Shown: positions 9,357 to 19,122, numbered from the stretch's first letter. The stretch: 42,212 bases of DNA from Tolypothrix carrinoi HA7290-LM1 (GCA_019358935.1 JAHHIK010000070.1:1-42212); one strand, 5' to 3'. The notes: a model not told the origin generated them from the sequence alone. Numbers and translations: made by a program.

Positions 9357-10535
9357 TTATCTGAATCGCACATGTTTATTTTGCATCACCAGCCAGACTG
9401 AGAGTAGCGCAGTGGCAACGCCAGCGATAATAAAACAGGGAACATAACCTGAATTATCGACTATTCTACCAAAGACTGCTGCACCGATTCCCTGTCCCAT
9501 AAACAGGCTAAACACGAACAGCGAAACTGCTGTCCCTCGTGCTACGTTCGATAGTTCTGTGGCTTTTGTTTGGAGGGTGCTGTGCATCATGTAAAAGCCC
9601 AATCCCATGAGGATGCTTAAAAGGATAAACAGCATCCAGTTATGAAATGCTGCTATAGACAAGTTGCCAGCACACAGCAACCACCCTCCAACTGCAATCA
9701 AATTTCTTTCGCCAAGCTTGCGTATTAGCCATTTGACTGTACCACTATAAATTAGACCCCCTAGCCCGAAGCCACAGAGCATAAACCCGATTGCTAAATA
9801 AGGTAAGTTATATCTGTCTCTCAGGAATGCACCAATGTAAGCGAATGCGCCATAGACGAAAAAGCCTTCAATAAAGATTCCTATGATGATAGTGCGAGCG
9901 GCTGTTTGGGTCATAAGTTGATAATAAGGTTTGAACGTTGCCAAACCCAACGGACTTGAAGTATGATGCTGTTCTTTGGGTAAGCGGTGACTTCGACGCC
10001 ACATTAAAGCAGCGATCGCCAAAGATACAACCCCAAACACCAAAAAAATGTCACGCCAGCTAAGATACTCCCCAAAGATACCCCCCAAACTGCCGCCGAG
10101 AACTTGACCCAATATAACTCCACTTAGATACCTTCCGATTGCTGTTTGGCGTTCTTCGTAGGCATAGTTATCGCCAATATAAGCTAGCGATACTGGGATA
10201 ATCCCGGCTGCAACTATACCCGTGAGACACCGCAGCAATGCGAGTATGGCGATGTTTGGCACAAACGCACAAGCAGCTGTCCCCACAGCAAATGCAGCCA
10301 TTGCCGCCGTTATTACCTTGAGTTTACCAATGCGATCGCTCAACGGACCGTAAACTAACTGAAACAGTCCGTAGGGAATCGTGTAGGCACTGACAATCAC
10401 CGCTGTACTGCCAACACCTAGTTTGAAATCGTCGGCGATGACACGTAGCAGCGGGTCAATCACCCGCACGTCGGCAATTACTATGAAGCCAGCAGCCCCC
10501 AACAGTCCTAATGAAACGGGTGTTTTATTTGTCAT
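9357..10535 (-). CDS. MFS transporter
   Basis: About 12 TM segments, motif A GPLSDRIGKLKV; ATGA overlap with the upstream GST gene. Confidence 0.92.
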   Translation of the reverse strand: MTNKTPVSLGLLGAAGFIVIADVRVIDPLLRVIADDFKLGVGSTAVIVSAYTIPYGLFQLVYGPLSDRIGKLKVITAAMAAFAVGTAACAFVPNIAILALLRCLTGIVAAGIIPVSLAYIGDNYAYEERQTAIGRYLSGVILGQVLGGSLGGIFGEYLSWRDIFLVFGVVSLAIAALMWRRSHRLPKEQHHTSSPLGLATFKPYYQLMTQTAARTIIIGIFIEGFFVYGAFAYIGAFLRDRYNLPYLAIGFMLCGFGLGGLIYSGTVKWLIRKLGERNLIAVGGWLLCAGNLSIAAFHNWMLFILLSILMGLGFYMMHSTLQTKATELSNVARGTAVSLFVFSLFMGQGIGAAVFGRIVDNSGYVPCFIIAGVATALLSVWLVMQNKHVRFR

Positions 10536-11227
10536 TGAATCGTCTTCGCCGACTGGTTAAATAATAACTCGCGTGATTTCTCAATATCAAGCGCTTGATT
10601 TTTAAATGCCTCTGCCTTTTGGTAGGCGCGAATTGTTGCCGGACGTGCTTTAATAGCTTCAAACCAGCGCTTCAAGTTAGGAAAATCCTCTAATTTCTGA
10701 CGTTGACCCTCATATCCGGTAATCCACGGATAAGCGGCAATATCAGCGATAGAATAATCACCAGCTACAAATTCTCTATCTGCTAATCGCTTATTTAGCA
10801 CTCCATATAAACGCCCTGTTTCATTCACATAGCGATTAATAGCATAGTCAATCTTTTCGGGTGCGTATTGAACGAAGTGATGATTTTGCCCTGCCATTGG
10901 TCCCAAACCGCCCATTTGCCAGAATAACCATTGCAGGGTTTCAACGCGATCGCGCAAATCTGCGGAAATCAACTTGCCGGTTTTGTCTGCCAAATATAAT
11001 AAGATTGCCCCAGACTCAAAGACGGAAATCGGTTCACCACCAATTGCAGGTTCGCGATCGATTATTGCCGGAATGCGATTATTGGGGGAAATCTGGAGAA
11101 AATCAGGTTTAAACTGCTCGCCTGTTCCTATATTTACTGGAATAATATTGTAAGGCAGTCCGACTTCTTCAAGGAACATCGTGATTTTATGACCGTTGGG
11201 AGTTGTCCAGTAGTAAAGGTCAATCAT
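10532..11227 (-). CDS. Glutathione S-transferase family protein, YfcG-like disulfide oxidoreductase
   Basis: MIDLYYWTTPNGHKI...ISPNNRIPAI...FESGAILLYLA...WLFWQMGGLGPMAGQNHHF. Confidence 0.93.
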   Translation of the reverse strand: MIDLYYWTTPNGHKITMFLEEVGLPYNIIPVNIGTGEQFKPDFLQISPNNRIPAIIDREPAIGGEPISVFESGAILLYLADKTGKLISADLRDRVETLQWLFWQMGGLGPMAGQNHHFVQYAPEKIDYAINRYVNETGRLYGVLNKRLADREFVAGDYSIADIAAYPWITGYEGQRQKLEDFPNLKRWFEAIKARPATIRAYQKAEAFKNQALDIEKSRELLFNQSAKTIQ

Positions 11228-11280
11228 TTGTAATTTCTCCTAATTTGGTGATGATTTTGTCGGTTATATCAAGTTTGGTC

Positions 11281-11313
11281 AGATTCCCGACTTCTTCAAG
11301 AAGTCGGGAATCT
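11281..11313. repeat. Dispersed palindromic repeat
   Basis: AGATTCCCGACTTCTT-C-AAGAAGTCGGGAATCT (16-bp arms); degenerate relative at about 23773-23808. Confidence 0.7.
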
Positions 11314-11379
11314 TGCGGAACATCAATACACTCATAAAAGTGTATTTACTGAGTTAATTTGATTAAAACTTTATTAACG

Positions 11380-12045
11380 TTAACCTTGGTAGGGATTGCC
11401 TAATTTATCTACAAAGACGTTATAAGAAAATGGCAAACGTCCGGGATCGAGACGCGGGGAAGCTGCATAACCTACAGGGACGAGAACAGCGATCGCTAAA
11501 TCTGGCTCATTCGCTGCACCAATAACTTCTTTTACTTTGTCTTCAATCCAGCCATTCATAAAACAGGTGGATAAACCCAAACTTTCGGCTGCTAATACTA
11601 AATGTGTTGCGGCAATCATCGCATCTTTGATAGCGTATTCTCGGCGTTTGTCTCCAAGTGCGCCATGAAACTGAGGAATGGCTGTTTTAAAATAGTTTAC
11701 CGTGCCTTCATTCCAAGCGCCAGTTTGTAACCCTTGCTCAAAAACCGGGGTTAAGTCTTTTTCACCAGCGTAAATATCGGCAGCAAAGACAAACGTAACA
11801 GGTGCTTGGATGATTTGTTGTTGATTCCAAGACGCTGCACATAAAGCTGCTTTTTGCGCTTCATCTTGTACAAGCACAATTCGCCAATCTTGAATATTAT
11901 AACTGCTGGGTGCGGCTACAGTTAACTCAACTAGTTGATGTAGCAGTTCTTTTGATATGGGGTCTGATTTGAAACTTTTAATCGAACGACGTTGAGCGAT
12001 CGCGCTGGGTACATCGAGAGATTGAACTTGCGTGATTGGATTCAT
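11380..12045 (-). CDS. Nitroreductase family protein
   Basis: AIAQRRSIKSF, AAPSSYNIQDW, LAAESLGLSTCFMNG, VPVGY; likely ATG at 12045. Confidence 0.92.
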   Translation of the reverse strand: MNPITQVQSLDVPSAIAQRRSIKSFKSDPISKELLHQLVELTVAAPSSYNIQDWRIVLVQDEAQKAALCAASWNQQQIIQAPVTFVFAADIYAGEKDLTPVFEQGLQTGAWNEGTVNYFKTAIPQFHGALGDKRREYAIKDAMIAATHLVLAAESLGLSTCFMNGWIEDKVKEVIGAANEPDLAIAVLVPVGYAASPRLDPGRLPFSYNVFVDKLGNPYQG

Positions 12046-12122
12046 ATATCTATGGGATAATTGGTACAAAGCAAGAAATTAGCTTCTTGACAAGGCTTTA
12101 TTTGTTACTTGGTTTTTGCTTT

Positions 12123-13199
12123 TTAGAGCCAACTTGCATATTGTATCGGCAATGTAGCAATATTTTTTTGCTGAAGTTCTTGGGCAGCGCGATAAGTCCA
12201 ATAAGGGTCGCGGAGCATTTCCCGTGCTAATAGTACAATATCTGCACGATTATTGCGGATAATTTCATCGGCTTGCATGGCGTTGGTAATCAAACCCACG
12301 GCAGCGGTGGCAATGTCAGCATCGTGACGAATCTTTTCGGAAAAGGGAATTTGCCAACCAGAACCAAAGGGAATGTTTTTGTAATCGGGAGTGTTGAAAG
12401 CCGAACTACAATCAATCAAATCGACACCTTCAGCTTTCAGCTTTTTCGACAATTCCACTGAATCATCAATTGTCCAACCGCCTTCTACCCAATCAGAACA
12501 TGATAATCTAGCAGTTAGAGGCAGGCGATCGGGCCAAACTTCCCTGACAGCGCGTGTTGTTTCTAACAAAAAGCGAATTCTATTTTCAAAACTACCGCCA
12601 TACTCATCTGTACGTTTGTTAGATAGCGGTGAATAAAAGCTATGTGCTAAATAACCGTGGGCAAAATGTAATTCTAACCATTCATATCCGGCTTCAAGCG
12701 ATCGCACTGTGGCAGATCGAAAATCATCTTGTATTTGCTGAATATCTTGATGTGTCATTTCATTGGGAACACGCCATAATTTCTCATTATCAAAGGCGAT
12801 CGCCGAAGGTGCGATTGTCTCCCAACCACCTTCAGAATCTTTAAGCGAATTATCTCCTTCCCACGGACGCGCTGCGCTGGCTTTTCTCCCAGCGTGCGCT
12901 AGCTGAATCCCCGGTACTGCACCATGTTCTTTGATAAACTTGTTGATGCGGTGTAGCGGTTCAATGTGTTTGTCTGACCAGATTCCCGCATCTTTTGGCG
13001 TGATGCGTCCTCGCGGTTCCACAGCAGTAGCTTCGGCGATAATTAATCCTGCACCACCTATTGCACGCGAACCAAGATGAACTAAGTGGAAATCATTAGC
13101 CATTCCATCATCTGAACTATATTGGCACATCGGCGAAATACCGATGCGATTACGTAATGTTACGCTTTTTAGTTGATAAGAATCAAATAATTGTGGCAT
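12123..13199 (-). CDS. NADH:flavin oxidoreductase, YqjM/NamA-type old yellow enzyme
   Basis: SPMCQYS, GIQLAHAGRKAS, ELHFAHGYL, SPLSNKRTDEYGGSFENR, AREMLRDPYW. Confidence 0.93.
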   Translation of the reverse strand: MPQLFDSYQLKSVTLRNRIGISPMCQYSSDDGMANDFHLVHLGSRAIGGAGLIIAEATAVEPRGRITPKDAGIWSDKHIEPLHRINKFIKEHGAVPGIQLAHAGRKASAARPWEGDNSLKDSEGGWETIAPSAIAFDNEKLWRVPNEMTHQDIQQIQDDFRSATVRSLEAGYEWLELHFAHGYLAHSFYSPLSNKRTDEYGGSFENRIRFLLETTRAVREVWPDRLPLTARLSCSDWVEGGWTIDDSVELSKKLKAEGVDLIDCSSAFNTPDYKNIPFGSGWQIPFSEKIRHDADIATAAVGLITNAMQADEIIRNNRADIVLLAREMLRDPYWTYRAAQELQQKNIATLPIQYASWL

Positions 13200-13291
13200 G
13201 ATTTGCTCCCTGTGTTTTTAGTCAAGATGAAGCGATCGCCTGTGCAATCAGCACCGTGACAACTTTGCAGAATTTACGTTAGTAGAATAAC

Positions 13292-14380
13292 TTAACTAGC
13301 GATCGCTGGATAGTCTGTGTATCCTTTTTCACCGCCACCATAAAAGGTTGTCGGATCGGGTTGATTTAACGGTGCATTCAAAGCAAAGCGTTCAGGCAAA
13401 TCGGGATTGGCTATATACAAAGTACCAAATGCAACTAAATCAGCCGCACCTGTCGCCAAAACAGTATCACCTCTGCTTTTGTCGTAACCGCCATTAACGA
13501 TGAGTGTACCTTGAAAGCGCTCTTTCAGATGACTGGTTGGCACCACCGTTGCCCCATGTCTGATGTCTGCTTCTATCGCTTCAAAGATATGCAGATATGC
13601 TAAACCAAATTTATTCAGCGCTTGGGCTGCATAACCAAATGTTTCTGAAGGGTTAGAATCACGTATATCGTTCATCGTACCGCTGGGGGAAAGCCGTACC
13701 CCTACTCTACTAGCACCCCATACACCAATTACCGCTTCTGTCACTTCTACCAGCAGTCGGGCGCGATTTTCAATTGAACCGCCATATTTATCTGTACGCT
13801 GATTCGTACCATCGCGGAGAAACTGGTCAATTAAATAACCATTAGCTGCGTGAATTTCTACGCCGTCAAACCCAGCTTCTAAGGCATTTTCTGCGCCTTG
13901 GCGGTACTGTTCCACAATCTCTGGAATCTCCCAAGTTTCCAAAGCGCGAGGAGTAACAAAAGGTTTCATCCCTTCGTAAGTCAGCACTTGTCCTTTGGGT
14001 GCGATCGCGCTCGGTGCTACAGGCAAAGCCCCATCCGGTTGCAAATCTGGGTGAGAAATTCTCCCAACGTGCCACAGTTGCAGGTAAATTCTTCCTTTAT
14101 GTTGATGTACTGCATCTGTCACCAATCGCCAACCCGCCACCTGTTCTGGCGAATGAATCCCTGGTGTATTCGGATACCCCTGCCCTGATTGAGAAATTTG
14201 AGTTGCTTCGGCGATAATCAGTCCAGCAGTTGCTCGTTGAACGTAATATTCAGCGTTTAACTGATGCGGAACATTTCCCTTACCTGCCCTTCGTCGCGTT
14301 AAGGGAGCCATCACAATTCGGTTTGGTAATTCAAGTTCACCTAACTTGTACGGAGAAAGTAAATTGATATCGGTATTCAT
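13292..14380 (-). CDS. Alkene reductase, classical NemA-type old yellow enzyme
   Basis: MAPLTRRRA, QLWHVGRISHP, EIHAANGYLIDQFL, ANPDLPERF, FYGGGEKGYTDYP. Confidence 0.94.
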   Translation of the reverse strand: MNTDINLLSPYKLGELELPNRIVMAPLTRRRAGKGNVPHQLNAEYYVQRATAGLIIAEATQISQSGQGYPNTPGIHSPEQVAGWRLVTDAVHQHKGRIYLQLWHVGRISHPDLQPDGALPVAPSAIAPKGQVLTYEGMKPFVTPRALETWEIPEIVEQYRQGAENALEAGFDGVEIHAANGYLIDQFLRDGTNQRTDKYGGSIENRARLLVEVTEAVIGVWGASRVGVRLSPSGTMNDIRDSNPSETFGYAAQALNKFGLAYLHIFEAIEADIRHGATVVPTSHLKERFQGTLIVNGGYDKSRGDTVLATGAADLVAFGTLYIANPDLPERFALNAPLNQPDPTTFYGGGEKGYTDYPAIAS

Positions 14381-14394
14381 AAGTTACCTCTATT

Positions 14395-14530
14395 AATGGG
14401 TAATGGGTAATGGGGCATGGGTAATGGGGAATGGGGAATGGGGAATCGGTAATGGGGAAAGAATTATTACCAATTACCAATTACCAATTACCAATTACCA
14501 ATTACCAATTACCAATTCCCAATCCCCAAT
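14395..14530. repeat. STRR heptamer arrays in opposing orientation
   Basis: (TAATGGG/GAATGGG)n followed by (ATTACCA)n. Confidence 0.85.
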
Positions 14531-14536
14531 TTTCGA

Positions 14537-14860
14537 TTACAGATACTGTGATAAAGTTTTAGTCAAGGTTGTTTTGGGTACTGCACCTACAACCGTATCT
14601 ACTTGCCGACCACCTTTAAACACTAATAGTGTGGGAATGCTGCGAATTCCGTAATGGCTGGCAACAGTGGGATTTTCATCTGTGTTCAGTTTCACCACTT
14701 TCACCTGTCCTACGTGTTCACCAGCAAACTCATCCACTACGGGAGCCACCATCCGACAAGGACCGCACCAAGGTGCCCAAAAGTCCACTAACACGGGAAT
14801 TTGACTTTCTAGGACTTCTTGCTTAAAGGTGGCTTCTGTTACGTTTGTAACGGATGACAT
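14537..14860 (-). CDS. trxA: Thioredoxin (m-type, TrxA2-like)
   Basis: [16 protein letters not shown] active site, GIRSIPT; divergent from a RexT-like gene. Confidence 0.96.
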   Translation of the reverse strand: MSSVTNVTEATFKQEVLESQIPVLVDFWAPWCGPCRMVAPVVDEFAGEHVGQVKVVKLNTDENPTVASHYGIRSIPTLLVFKGGRQVDTVVGAVPKTTLTKTLSQYL

Positions 14861-14884
14861 AGTTGTCCTCCTGTAAGATTCTTT

Positions 14885-14903
14885 AGTTCGGTATAATCGA
14901 ATA
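14885..14903. promoter_or_regulatory. Candidate RexT operator
   Basis: TTCG-GTATAAT-CGAA inverted repeat in the 79-bp trxA/rexT intergenic region. Confidence 0.55.
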
Positions 14904-14939
14904 AATTAAATATAGTTTATTTAACGAGATAATGCAAGC

Positions 14940-15290
14940 ATGAGATTTCTTTATCACCCAGACAGAAAAGACATTTCTTTATCAGGAGTGCTGTATGCTT
15001 TAGGCGATCCGGTGAGGTTGGAGATTGTGCGGTTGCTTGCGACTGTGGGAGCGCAACCGTGTGCGGGGTTTGATTTTGCGATCGCCAAATCCACGATGTC
15101 CAATCACTTTAAGATTTTGCGGGAATCGGGGGTAGTCTTCACGCGCAAAGAAGGCACGCAGCATATTAACATGCTGCGGCGTCAGGATATAGATGAATTG
15201 TTTCCGGGGTTGCTGGATGCGGTATTGCGATCGGCTCAACCGATGCAAATTTGTCAACAGGAAACTGCTGTGAAAAGTGTTTCACTCTAA
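14940..15290 (+). CDS. rexT: ArsR/SmtB family redox-sensing repressor RexT
   Basis: ALGDPVRLEIV...AKSTMSNHFKILRESG; Cys at positions 41 and 105 as in Anabaena RexT; divergent from trxA. Confidence 0.85.
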   Translation: MRFLYHPDRKDISLSGVLYALGDPVRLEIVRLLATVGAQPCAGFDFAIAKSTMSNHFKILRESGVVFTRKEGTQHINMLRRQDIDELFPGLLDAVLRSAQPMQICQQETAVKSVSL

Positions 15291-15292
15291 AT

Positions 15293-15656
15293 AATGGGCA
15301 TTGGGCATGGGGCAATGGGCATTGGGCAATGGGCATTGGGCATTGGGCATTAGGGAAAGGGGAAAGGGGAAAGGGGAAAGGGGAAAGGGGAAATAATTAT
15401 CGTCGCTTCGCTCCTGGGTGTGGGGTGTGGGGTGTGGGGTGTGGGGAAAACTTTCATGTTTTGTACATCCCACACCCAGGAGCAATTGGGTTTAAAACCC
15501 CACCGTCGCAATAAGTGTCTCCAATTGGTTAGGTGCTGCACCGATCCAATTGACCCCTACACCCACTCAGCCACCCCCAACAAGAGCTGTTCAATACCAA
15601 TGCCCCATGCCCCATGCCCCATGCCCCATGCCCGATGCCCCATTCCCTATTCCCAA
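15293..15656. repeat. Composite STRR / G-rich repeat region between convergent genes
   Basis: (TGGGCAT)n, (GGGGAAA)n, (GGGGTGT)n, a 15-bp inverted repeat at 15410-15424/15469-15483, then (ATGCCCC)n. Confidence 0.85.
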
Positions 15657-15657
15657 A

Positions 15658-16404
15658 TTAAAAAGGTAATTTTAGCAGATTTATAATACTTAATTCTTTC
15701 TTTTCCTGAGGTAAACCTAATTTAATCGCCTTTGGATTGCGAGGATAATTATAAGAATTGAAAAGTATATCCCATATAGTGAAAAAACTCGCATAATTCG
15801 ATGTTGCTTCTTTTCGGGCTTGAGAATGATGAGAGCGATGATAATTTGGTGTGACAATTAGGTAGCTGAGATATCTATCAATTTTTAATGGTATAGCCCA
15901 ATTACTGTGATGAAAGATTAATTCACATGCCAAGAAAATTTCATATAATAATAAGTTTTGCAGAGTAATACCAAATAACCAAATTATAAATAACTTAGGT
16001 AGATTAGCTAAAATTGCTTCAACTGGATGAAAGCGATAAGCAGTAGAAGTATTCATTAACAGTTCTGTATGATGAACTTTATGAAAACGCCATGCAATAG
16101 GCAGAGTATGCATTAATCTGTGCCACGCATACATATATCCATCGAGCAATAAGAAAGAAAAGACTATTTTTAAGACAGGTGAATGAATAAAATGAAAAAT
16201 ACCGAGCCAGAAAGTTTGTTGCCAAATGCAATTTAAGAGTAAAGCTATGGTAAAATTATTTGCCAAGACATTTATCAAGCCGAGAACTAAATTAGTATAA
16301 ACTCTTTTATCGAAACTCTCTTTAAAACTGAAAAACGGAAACAGATTTTCTAAAGTTCCGAATGAAATAACACTGCTGACAACAATAAGTGATTGCCAAT
16401 CCAT
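15658..16404 (-). CDS. Sterol desaturase / fatty acid hydroxylase family protein
   Basis: His boxes WHRLMH, FHKVHH, FHHSN, HRSHHS; RBS AGAGGAG before ATG 16404. Confidence 0.9.
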   Translation of the reverse strand: MDWQSLIVVSSVISFGTLENLFPFFSFKESFDKRVYTNLVLGLINVLANNFTIALLLNCIWQQTFWLGIFHFIHSPVLKIVFSFLLLDGYMYAWHRLMHTLPIAWRFHKVHHTELLMNTSTAYRFHPVEAILANLPKLFIIWLFGITLQNLLLYEIFLACELIFHHSNWAIPLKIDRYLSYLIVTPNYHRSHHSQARKEATSNYASFFTIWDILFNSYNYPRNPKAIKLGLPQEKKELSIINLLKLPF

Positions 16405-16442
16405 GTTGAGATTCGCTCCTCTATAAAAAAACAAGCGAATAA

Positions 16443-16473
16443 GCGATGCCTCCGGCAAGGACTCGTCCTACGC
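16443..16473. repeat. SDR5-like small element in a split HIP1 site
   Basis: GCGAT-GCCTCCGGCAAGGACTCGTCCTA-CGC. Confidence 0.55.
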
Positions 16474-16661
16474 TACCTTTAAGTGTATATAAATTTGTAG
16501 TACTAAATAACACTCTTCCTGGCTGCTAATTAGATCAACCGTCAAGTACCCCACTTGAAAAAAAGTTGCTTTCTGCTGCCTGATTTTTATATTCTCACAG
16601 AAGTGGAGAGTAATAATTACAATTGTTGCTTCCCCCTTTGCCCTCCTCCACTTCTTGAATT

Positions 16662-18284
16662 ATGACCGCACCAGCAGCTTCTGTTTCGATGTGGACTCCC
16701 CTACGTCAGCCTGTGTTTCGTGCCCTTTGGACAGCCTCAGCGGTGTCAAGTGTTGGCACTTGGATGCATGATGTAGGTGCAGCATGGTTGATGACTTCGC
16801 TTTCACCGTCACCGTTTTTAATTGCGTTGATGCAGGCAGCGTCAAGCTTGCCGTTTTTTCTGCTAGCGTTACCTGCGGGAGCGCTGGCAGATGTCGTCGA
16901 TCGCCGAAAAATGATTTTGTGGACTCAGGGTTGGATGCTGGTTGTCGCTACTTTGTTGGGATTTCTCACCCTGGCAAACATTACAACACCGTGGATTCTC
17001 TTAGTTCTCACTTTTGCTCTGAGTCTCGGCAGTTCGATGAATATGCCTGTATGGCAAGCCCTAACCCCGGAACTAGTAGAAAAAGAAGAACTTCCCCAAG
17101 CTGTCACCCTCAGCGGCATTGTGGTTAACCTTTCGCGGTCGATAGGTCCTGCTTTAGCGGGGATAATTATCGCTCAAGCTGGTACGGGAGCAGTTTTTCT
17201 GCTTAATGCGGCTTCCTTCGTTGGGGTAATATTAGTAGTTTATCAGTGGCGTCGCACCCCGCAAAAAAGCGCATTACCGACAGAACGCTTCATTGGAGCG
17301 ATGCAAGCGGGTATTCGTTACGTGCGCTACGCTCCAACTTTTCAATCAGTGCTAATTCGCACCTCAGCTTACATTTTATTTGCTAGTGCCTTATTTGCCC
17401 TTTTACCGCTTTTAGGAAGACGAGAGTTAAAGCTTGATGCTTTCGGATACGGAATGATTCTCGGCTTTTGGGGTATCGGTGGATTAGCGGGAGCGTTCAT
17501 TTTACCGAAGCTACGGGAGCAGTTTTCTATAGATAAATTGGTGGCAGGCTCATCAGTATTGATGGGTATAATGTTGCTGGCACTAGGAACAGTGCGGAAT
17601 TTTTACGTAGTATGTGCGTTGATGCTGTTGGTGGGAATTGCTTCTCTCAGCAGTATGGTTAGTTTCAGTGTATCGGCGCAAACAGCCGTGCCTACCTGGG
17701 TGCGGGCTAGAGCTTTATCCGTGCATTTGCTTGTGTTCCAGGGATGTATGACGTTGGGAAGTTTGTTGTGGGGTGCTGTAGCCCAACGTACAAGCATAAC
17801 CGTAGCTTTGACTACCGCCGGAGTAGGCTTGATTGTGGCTGTGGCACTGACTGCACGCTATCGCTTGCGCTGTGCGGAAAAGTTGGATTTGCGGTCTTCG
17901 CTGCATTGGGATCAACCGATAAACGCTTTTGAACCTTGTCCGAATGATGGACCTGTGTTGATTAGTTTAGAGTATCGCATTGACCCAGCGAACGCGGAGG
18001 AGTTTACCAAAGCGATGCAAGCACTAAGTCAAATTCGCCGGCGTGATGGAGCGATTCGGTGGGGTTTGTATCAAGATTTATCAGACCCAGGTCGCTTTCT
18101 AGAAACGCAAATTGTCGAATCTTGGGCAGAACACAAGCGGCAATTTGAACGGGTGACGAATAGCGATCGCCTAATTGAAGAACGTGTGCGGGCATTTCAT
18201 ATTGGCGAAAAACCGCCGAAAGTTTCGCAAATGATTTACTCAAAATATACAGATGGTAAAGGTTTGCGGCAACCGTGCGGGTGA
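16662..18284 (+). CDS. MFS transporter (MFS_3/DUF894 type) with a soluble C-terminal domain
   Basis: About 12 TM segments, LPAGALADVVDRRK, C-terminal GPVLISLEYRID...RRRDGAIRWGL...SWAEHKRQFERVT. Confidence 0.9.
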   Translation: MTAPAASVSMWTPLRQPVFRALWTASAVSSVGTWMHDVGAAWLMTSLSPSPFLIALMQAASSLPFFLLALPAGALADVVDRRKMILWTQGWMLVVATLLGFLTLANITTPWILLVLTFALSLGSSMNMPVWQALTPELVEKEELPQAVTLSGIVVNLSRSIGPALAGIIIAQAGTGAVFLLNAASFVGVILVVYQWRRTPQKSALPTERFIGAMQAGIRYVRYAPTFQSVLIRTSAYILFASALFALLPLLGRRELKLDAFGYGMILGFWGIGGLAGAFILPKLREQFSIDKLVAGSSVLMGIMLLALGTVRNFYVVCALMLLVGIASLSSMVSFSVSAQTAVPTWVRARALSVHLLVFQGCMTLGSLLWGAVAQRTSITVALTTAGVGLIVAVALTARYRLRCAEKLDLRSSLHWDQPINAFEPCPNDGPVLISLEYRIDPANAEEFTKAMQALSQIRRRDGAIRWGLYQDLSDPGRFLETQIVESWAEHKRQFERVTNSDRLIEERVRAFHIGEKPPKVSQMIYSKYTDGKGLRQPCG

Positions 18285-18295
18285 GGGGGATGAGC

Positions 18296-18425
18296 GAGAC
18301 AAGGAGACAAGGGGGACAAGGGGGACAAGGGGGACTCCTTGGAGACAAGGAGACAAGGAAACAAAAAGACAATTCTTTCTCCCCATCCCCCCCTCTCCCC
18401 ATCTCCCCCTCCCCCCCTGCTCTCG
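18296..18425. repeat. GACAAGGGG/GACAAGGA tandem repeats and a C-rich tract
   Basis: Directly visible 8-9-mer tandem units between convergent genes. Confidence 0.8.
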
Positions 18426-18800
18426 CTAACTTGCGATCGCAACTGGCTTTTTGCGGATGGGACGCTTGCGGTCTGATTTTTTCTTCAATCCAACCGCTTG
18501 AGCTTGATCGCTATCTGTCCCATATTGCCCGCGCACGACATCTTTCATCGCTAATACAGCATTGTGAAATTCCCATTCTGCTAATCGGGCAGCATCCGCA
18601 GCAGCACGGTATAAAGTTAGTTTTTCGGTTTCGGCTTGTTGTTGGGTCAACATAGCCTGATAAGCTTGCTGTAACTTTGTCGCAGAGGCATCAGTACGGG
18701 TTGTGTCATAGGTAGTGATGGTTTGCAAACCGTGCAATGAGTCAACATCTTGACTAATCAGTCGAGGGGACAAACGGCGTGTTGTATCTTGGGCAGCCAT
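18426..18800 (-). CDS. Uncharacterised small helical protein (124 aa) with a basic C-terminal tail
   Basis: MAAQDTTRRL...AEWEFHNAVLAMKDVVRGQYGTDSDQAQAVGLKKKSDRKRPIRKK; likely ATG at 18800. Confidence 0.8.
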   Translation of the reverse strand: MAAQDTTRRLSPRLISQDVDSLHGLQTITTYDTTRTDASATKLQQAYQAMLTQQQAETEKLTLYRAAADAARLAEWEFHNAVLAMKDVVRGQYGTDSDQAQAVGLKKKSDRKRPIRKKPVAIAS

Positions 18801-18896
18801 AGTTGCATACGTGATAAAATATATATTTAATGTACCCATTGCAACAAAAAATCTAACAGTAAGGCGAAGAAAAGGGTAATTTAATGTTTGCAGGTT

Positions 18897-19093
18897 GATG
18901 CAATGGCATTGTCACCCGATGCAATGGCATTGTCACCCGATGCAATGGCATTGTCACCCGATGCAATGGCATTGTCACCCGATGCAATGGCATTGTCACC
19001 CGATGCAATGGCATTGTCACTCGATGCAATGGCATTGTCACTCGATGCAATGGCATTGTCACCCGATGCAATGGCATTGTCACTCGATACAAT
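18897..19093. repeat. Tandem array of nine 21-bp units plus a partial unit
   Basis: Unit GATGCAATGGCATTGTCAC(C/T)C; variant order C,C,C,C,C,T,T,C,T; internal palindrome CAATG-G-CATTG. Confidence 0.97.
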
Positions 19094-19122
19094 ATGATGA
19101 CTAAACCGCAAGATGCTTTTTG

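Noticed and set aside
14403..15686. Low-complexity ORFs (GNGEW, GHWAL, PHTPH, PMPHA types), also at 18004-18655, 21710-21922 and 34844-35286
   Set aside because: Artefacts of STRR heptamer and 9-mer repeats.
16541..16575. GTCAAGTACCCC resembling an IS200/IS605 or IscB omegaRNA start
   Set aside because: The following hairpin is degenerate and no related ORF is nearby; too short to support.
18897..19093. CRISPR array
   Set aside because: Units are contiguous and near-identical with no unique spacers, and no cas genes are in the window.
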